This document shows, piece after piece, positions 44,690-47,030 of a DNA stretch of 47,030 bases. Both the position numbers and the translations under genes were made by a program. The stretch spans positions 1 through 47,030 of the forward strand of contig JBGPJN010000002.1 of assembly GCA_041485445.1 (NCBI GenBank), written 5' to 3'. The notes under the pieces were generated by a model. It made no database searches and was not told where the DNA came from. It saw only the letters and a list, made by a program, of their open reading frames with translations. The DNA is from Dehalococcoidia bacterium. Lineage in GTDB: Bacteria > Chloroflexota > Dehalococcoidia > Lucifugimonadales > UBA3495. Every line of letters begins with the position of its first letter. The stretch's first letter is position 1.

Positions 44690-45766
44690 TTAGTTGAACT
44701 GGATTTTGTCCACCCAGATGCCGTCCGCCGGGGTGGCCCCCGCCGGGTCGTTCCAGAACTGCCACTGGAAGGATAAGGGCCGTATATCCGGCACCGCCAC
44801 CTCAACGTGCGTCCAGGACCCGTCGCCCGCCAGGTCCACACTGACCTGCCTGGGGGCGCCGACCACCCGGAAGGAGGCGCAGCAGCCGGCGCCGGTGGTC
44901 CGGACATCGAAGGAGATGGTCCGCACCGAGGCGGGGAGCTCGTCCCTGTAGCCCAGCGACAAGGTGGAGTACCCGGCCCCTGTCAGCGCGGCCGATCTCA
45001 GGCACGGCGCCTCCTTGCATTCGCTGGTGAAGTGCACCATCCACGGACTGCCGACGACCTGGAATCCCCGGAACCCCAGGGCCTCAGCTTCCGGCGACGT
45101 AACTGGGATTTGTTCCAGAGGAAACAGAAAGGAGGTGGGCGCCGGTGCCGGTGTGAACTGGACACTCCCCGTGGCCGGCTCAGAAGTTGGGGGCAGGGAG
45201 GCGGTATGAGTCAGGTTGGGGGTCAGCACCAGCGTGGGTACGGGCGTAGGGTTGCTGGTGTGGAAGGAGATGGGCTGGGGCGCTTTGGGCCCGCGGCCAC
45301 CGGGCAGCAGTCCCGGCAGGACGCCAACACCGAAGAGAACCGCCATGCCGATGGCGCCCGCGACAGCTATCAGTTTGGCCCGGCGCTCCAGACTGCGGCG
45401 GGGCTCCACCCTTGGAGGCGCCGAGTGCTCGGATGGTGGCTGTGAAGCGGTGGGAGGTTGGGCCCGCGGCGGCGGACTTGCCTGGTGGCTAGCCGTCACG
45501 CCGCTGGGTGTGGAGCCTTGCGCAGTGCGGGACTGGCACGCTTGGTCGTACTTGACCCGCCGCGGCGAGTCGGACAAAACCTCGTAGGCCTCGTGCAACT
45601 CCTGCATCCGGGCCGAGTTCAGCTCGGTGTCGCCAGACCCATCCGGACGGTAGATCTGCGACAACTGCTGCCAGACGCGGCGAATGGTCCCAATGCTGGC
45701 GTTGGACTTGACGCCCAGCACATGGTAGTAGTCCTTCCATGGGCTTTCGTACTGCTCTCGAGGCAT
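44690..45766 (-). CDS. Membrane-anchored J-like domain protein with a Cys-containing C-terminal domain
   Basis: The N-terminal DnaJ-type domain is KDYYHVLGVKSNAS...EAYEVLSD..RRVKYD, but it has RPD in place of HPD. A Pro-rich linker and one TM segment (LIAVAGAIGMAVLFGVGVL) follow. The C-terminal domain of about 170 aa is shared with 46112-47030. Confidence 0.78.
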   Translation of the reverse strand: MPREQYESPWKDYYHVLGVKSNASIGTIRRVWQQLSQIYRPDGSGDTELNSARMQELHEAYEVLSDSPRRVKYDQACQSRTAQGSTPSGVTASHQASPPPRAQPPTASQPPSEHSAPPRVEPRRSLERRAKLIAVAGAIGMAVLFGVGVLPGLLPGGRGPKAPQPISFHTSNPTPVPTLVLTPNLTHTASLPPTSEPATGSVQFTPAPAPTSFLFPLEQIPVTSPEAEALGFRGFQVVGSPWMVHFTSECKEAPCLRSAALTGAGYSTLSLGYRDELPASVRTISFDVRTTGAGCCASFRVVGAPRQVSVDLAGDGSWTHVEVAVPDIRPLSFQWQFWNDPAGATPADGIWVDKIQFN

Positions 45767-46111
45767 CTGTATTTCACCCCATCGTCCGTTGCACTGGAAT
45801 TGTTGCCGGAACTGTCGCTGCCAGTTTGGGCGCCGTGCGCAGACTTACCACTCCATGTTAGGCGCGGTAAGGAGCAACATGAACCGTTCCTACCAAAGGC
45901 ACAACAATGTCGGACGGTGTCCACCACCCCTTTGGAGTGAGGGCTGCGGGAGCCGGGTTGACAGGCTGGGTTGATGGGCAGTCCCCCTTGGGGATAGTCC
46001 AGTCACCGGGTCCCAGCGGCGTAAGATTCGATGCGTAGGGTTTGATGATTGCGCAAGGCCCGGTCCGCCCAGGGGTCAGGGCGGCCGGGCCTGCAATGGT
46101 GCTAAATTGGG

Positions 46112-47030
46112 CTACTTGAACTGGATGTTGTCGATCCAGATGCCGTCGCCCGGTGCAACTCCTTCGGGGCCGCGATAGAACTGCCACTCAAAGACCACCG
46201 GGAGATAGCCAGGCAACGCAGTCTCAAAGTGGGTCCAGGAGGTGCTGTTGGGCAGGACCATGGCTGCTCCCGCAATAGGTCCGGCGATCATCTTAAAAGA
46301 GGCACAGCACGCTGGGCTGGCCGCCTTGATGTCGAAGGAGATGGTTTTAACTGTGGTGGTAAGGTCCCGAGGCTTCCACCAGACGCTGGAAACGCTGTTT
46401 ACATCGAGGTACCCCGAGTGCAAGCAGGGCGCTTCCTGGCACTGGCTGGAGAAGTCCACCAGCCAGGCGCTGCCGGAAGCCTGGAAGTCCCGGAATCCCA
46501 GGGCCTCGGCGTCCGCCGACATAACCGGTATCGGGTCTCTGAGTATCGGCGCCGGCGTGACCGATGGCTCGGTCGGCAGCGTCACCGTGGAAGTAGGAGA
46601 AGATCCAGGCTGGGTAAAGGGTGCTGCAGGGTCAGGCGTCAGGGCGGGCACTGTAGCTGGCAGCGGCGTGGGAGTAGCCGGGCTGAAGTTGGCGGGGACT
46701 GGTCCGGCGGGCTCATTTTCCCGCATCAACGCCGGCCCCACTCCGATTGCTATCAGCACTGCAATGCCGATTGCCCCGGCGGCGGCGAGCAGCCCAGTAC
46801 GCCGCTTTGGGCCGGGAGCCGGCGCTGAGGTTACCGGCGGCTCGTCCTTGTGCGGGGGCTGCGGGGGCTGGCCTCCAGACGGCGGCACGGCCCTGGGTGC
46901 GGGAGCACCCGCACCAGCGGCGGCCTTAGGCGGTGGTGCAGCGGCAGCGGCGTACCAAGGCGCGGAGGCAGCGGCAGCGGCGGCCTGAGGCGGGGGTGCA
47001 GCGGCAGCGGCGGCCTGAGGCGGGGGTGCA
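46112..47030 (-). CDS. Paralogous membrane-anchored protein, 5' end outside the window
   Basis: The same TM plus C-terminal domain as the neighbour (EALGFR.FQ..GS.W.V.F.S.C.EAPCL, CCASF, F.WQF...P.G..P.DGIW.D.IQF). The frame remains open upstream of the GTG at 46888 through APPPQAAAAA repeats to the window edge. Confidence 0.65.
   Translation of the reverse strand, partial: APPPQAAAAAAPPPQAAAAAASAPWYAAAAAPPPKAAAGAGAPAPRAVPPSGGQPPQPPHKDEPPVTSAPAPGPKRRTGLLAAAGAIGIAVLIAIGVGPALMRENEPAGPVPANFSPATPTPLPATVPALTPDPAAPFTQPGSSPTSTVTLPTEPSVTPAPILRDPIPVMSADAEALGFRDFQASGSAWLVDFSSQCQEAPCLHSGYLDVNSVSSVWWKPRDLTTTVKTISFDIKAASPACCASFKMIAGPIAGAAMVLPNSTSWTHFETALPGYLPVVFEWQFYRGPEGVAPGDGIWIDNIQFK
46911..47030. repeat. 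30-bp tandem repeat (4 units, last two identical) inside the coding sequence
   Basis: The unit is GCGGCAGCGGCGGCCTGAGGCGGGGGTGCA, identical at 46971-47000 and 47001-47030, with diverged units at 46911 and 46941. It encodes APPPQAAAAA decapeptides on the minus strand. Confidence 0.75.

Overview
High-GC bacterial chromosomal segment. The intergenic repeats and ACG-type lipoprotein signals suggest a Chloroflexota-like organism, but that is inference only. Most of the window is housekeeping and transport: hisF, hisIE, argS, tRNA-Ser(GGA), an MdlAB-type heterodimeric ABC exporter, an Opp/Dpp-type peptide ABC system with three paralogous binding proteins, and a phnDCEE transporter. Three things deserve a second look. 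(1) At 11.1-12.3 kb a two-gene operon has both ORFs apparently cut short by in-frame TGA codons. Read as selenocysteine, they give a full-length ArsM-like methyltransferase (Sec at a conserved metalloid-binding Cys position) and a DsrE-like protein with a UxxC motif. Each TGA is followed 11-12 nt later by a hairpin, and selB lies in the same window at 42.4-44.3 kb. (2) At 35.5-40.9 kb a tightly packed minus-strand operon encodes an OYE/FadH-like flavoenzyme, a CCP/MauG-like dihaem cytochrome c, a cyclooxygenase/alpha-dioxygenase-type haem dioxygenase and a small membrane protein. Next to it is a patatin-like lipase whose catalytic domain is split by about 6 TM helices. Together this looks like a candidate bacterial oxylipin or lipid-peroxide pathway. 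(3) Intergenic DNA is populated by several repeat families: MITE-like elements with 18-nt terminal inverted repeats, C6/G6 nested palindromes, and CCGGC-tetraloop-GCCGG units. Seven candidate promoters share the pattern TTGAnn-17/18-TAnnnT. Many long ORFs in the six-frame track are high-GC antisense shadows and were rejected.
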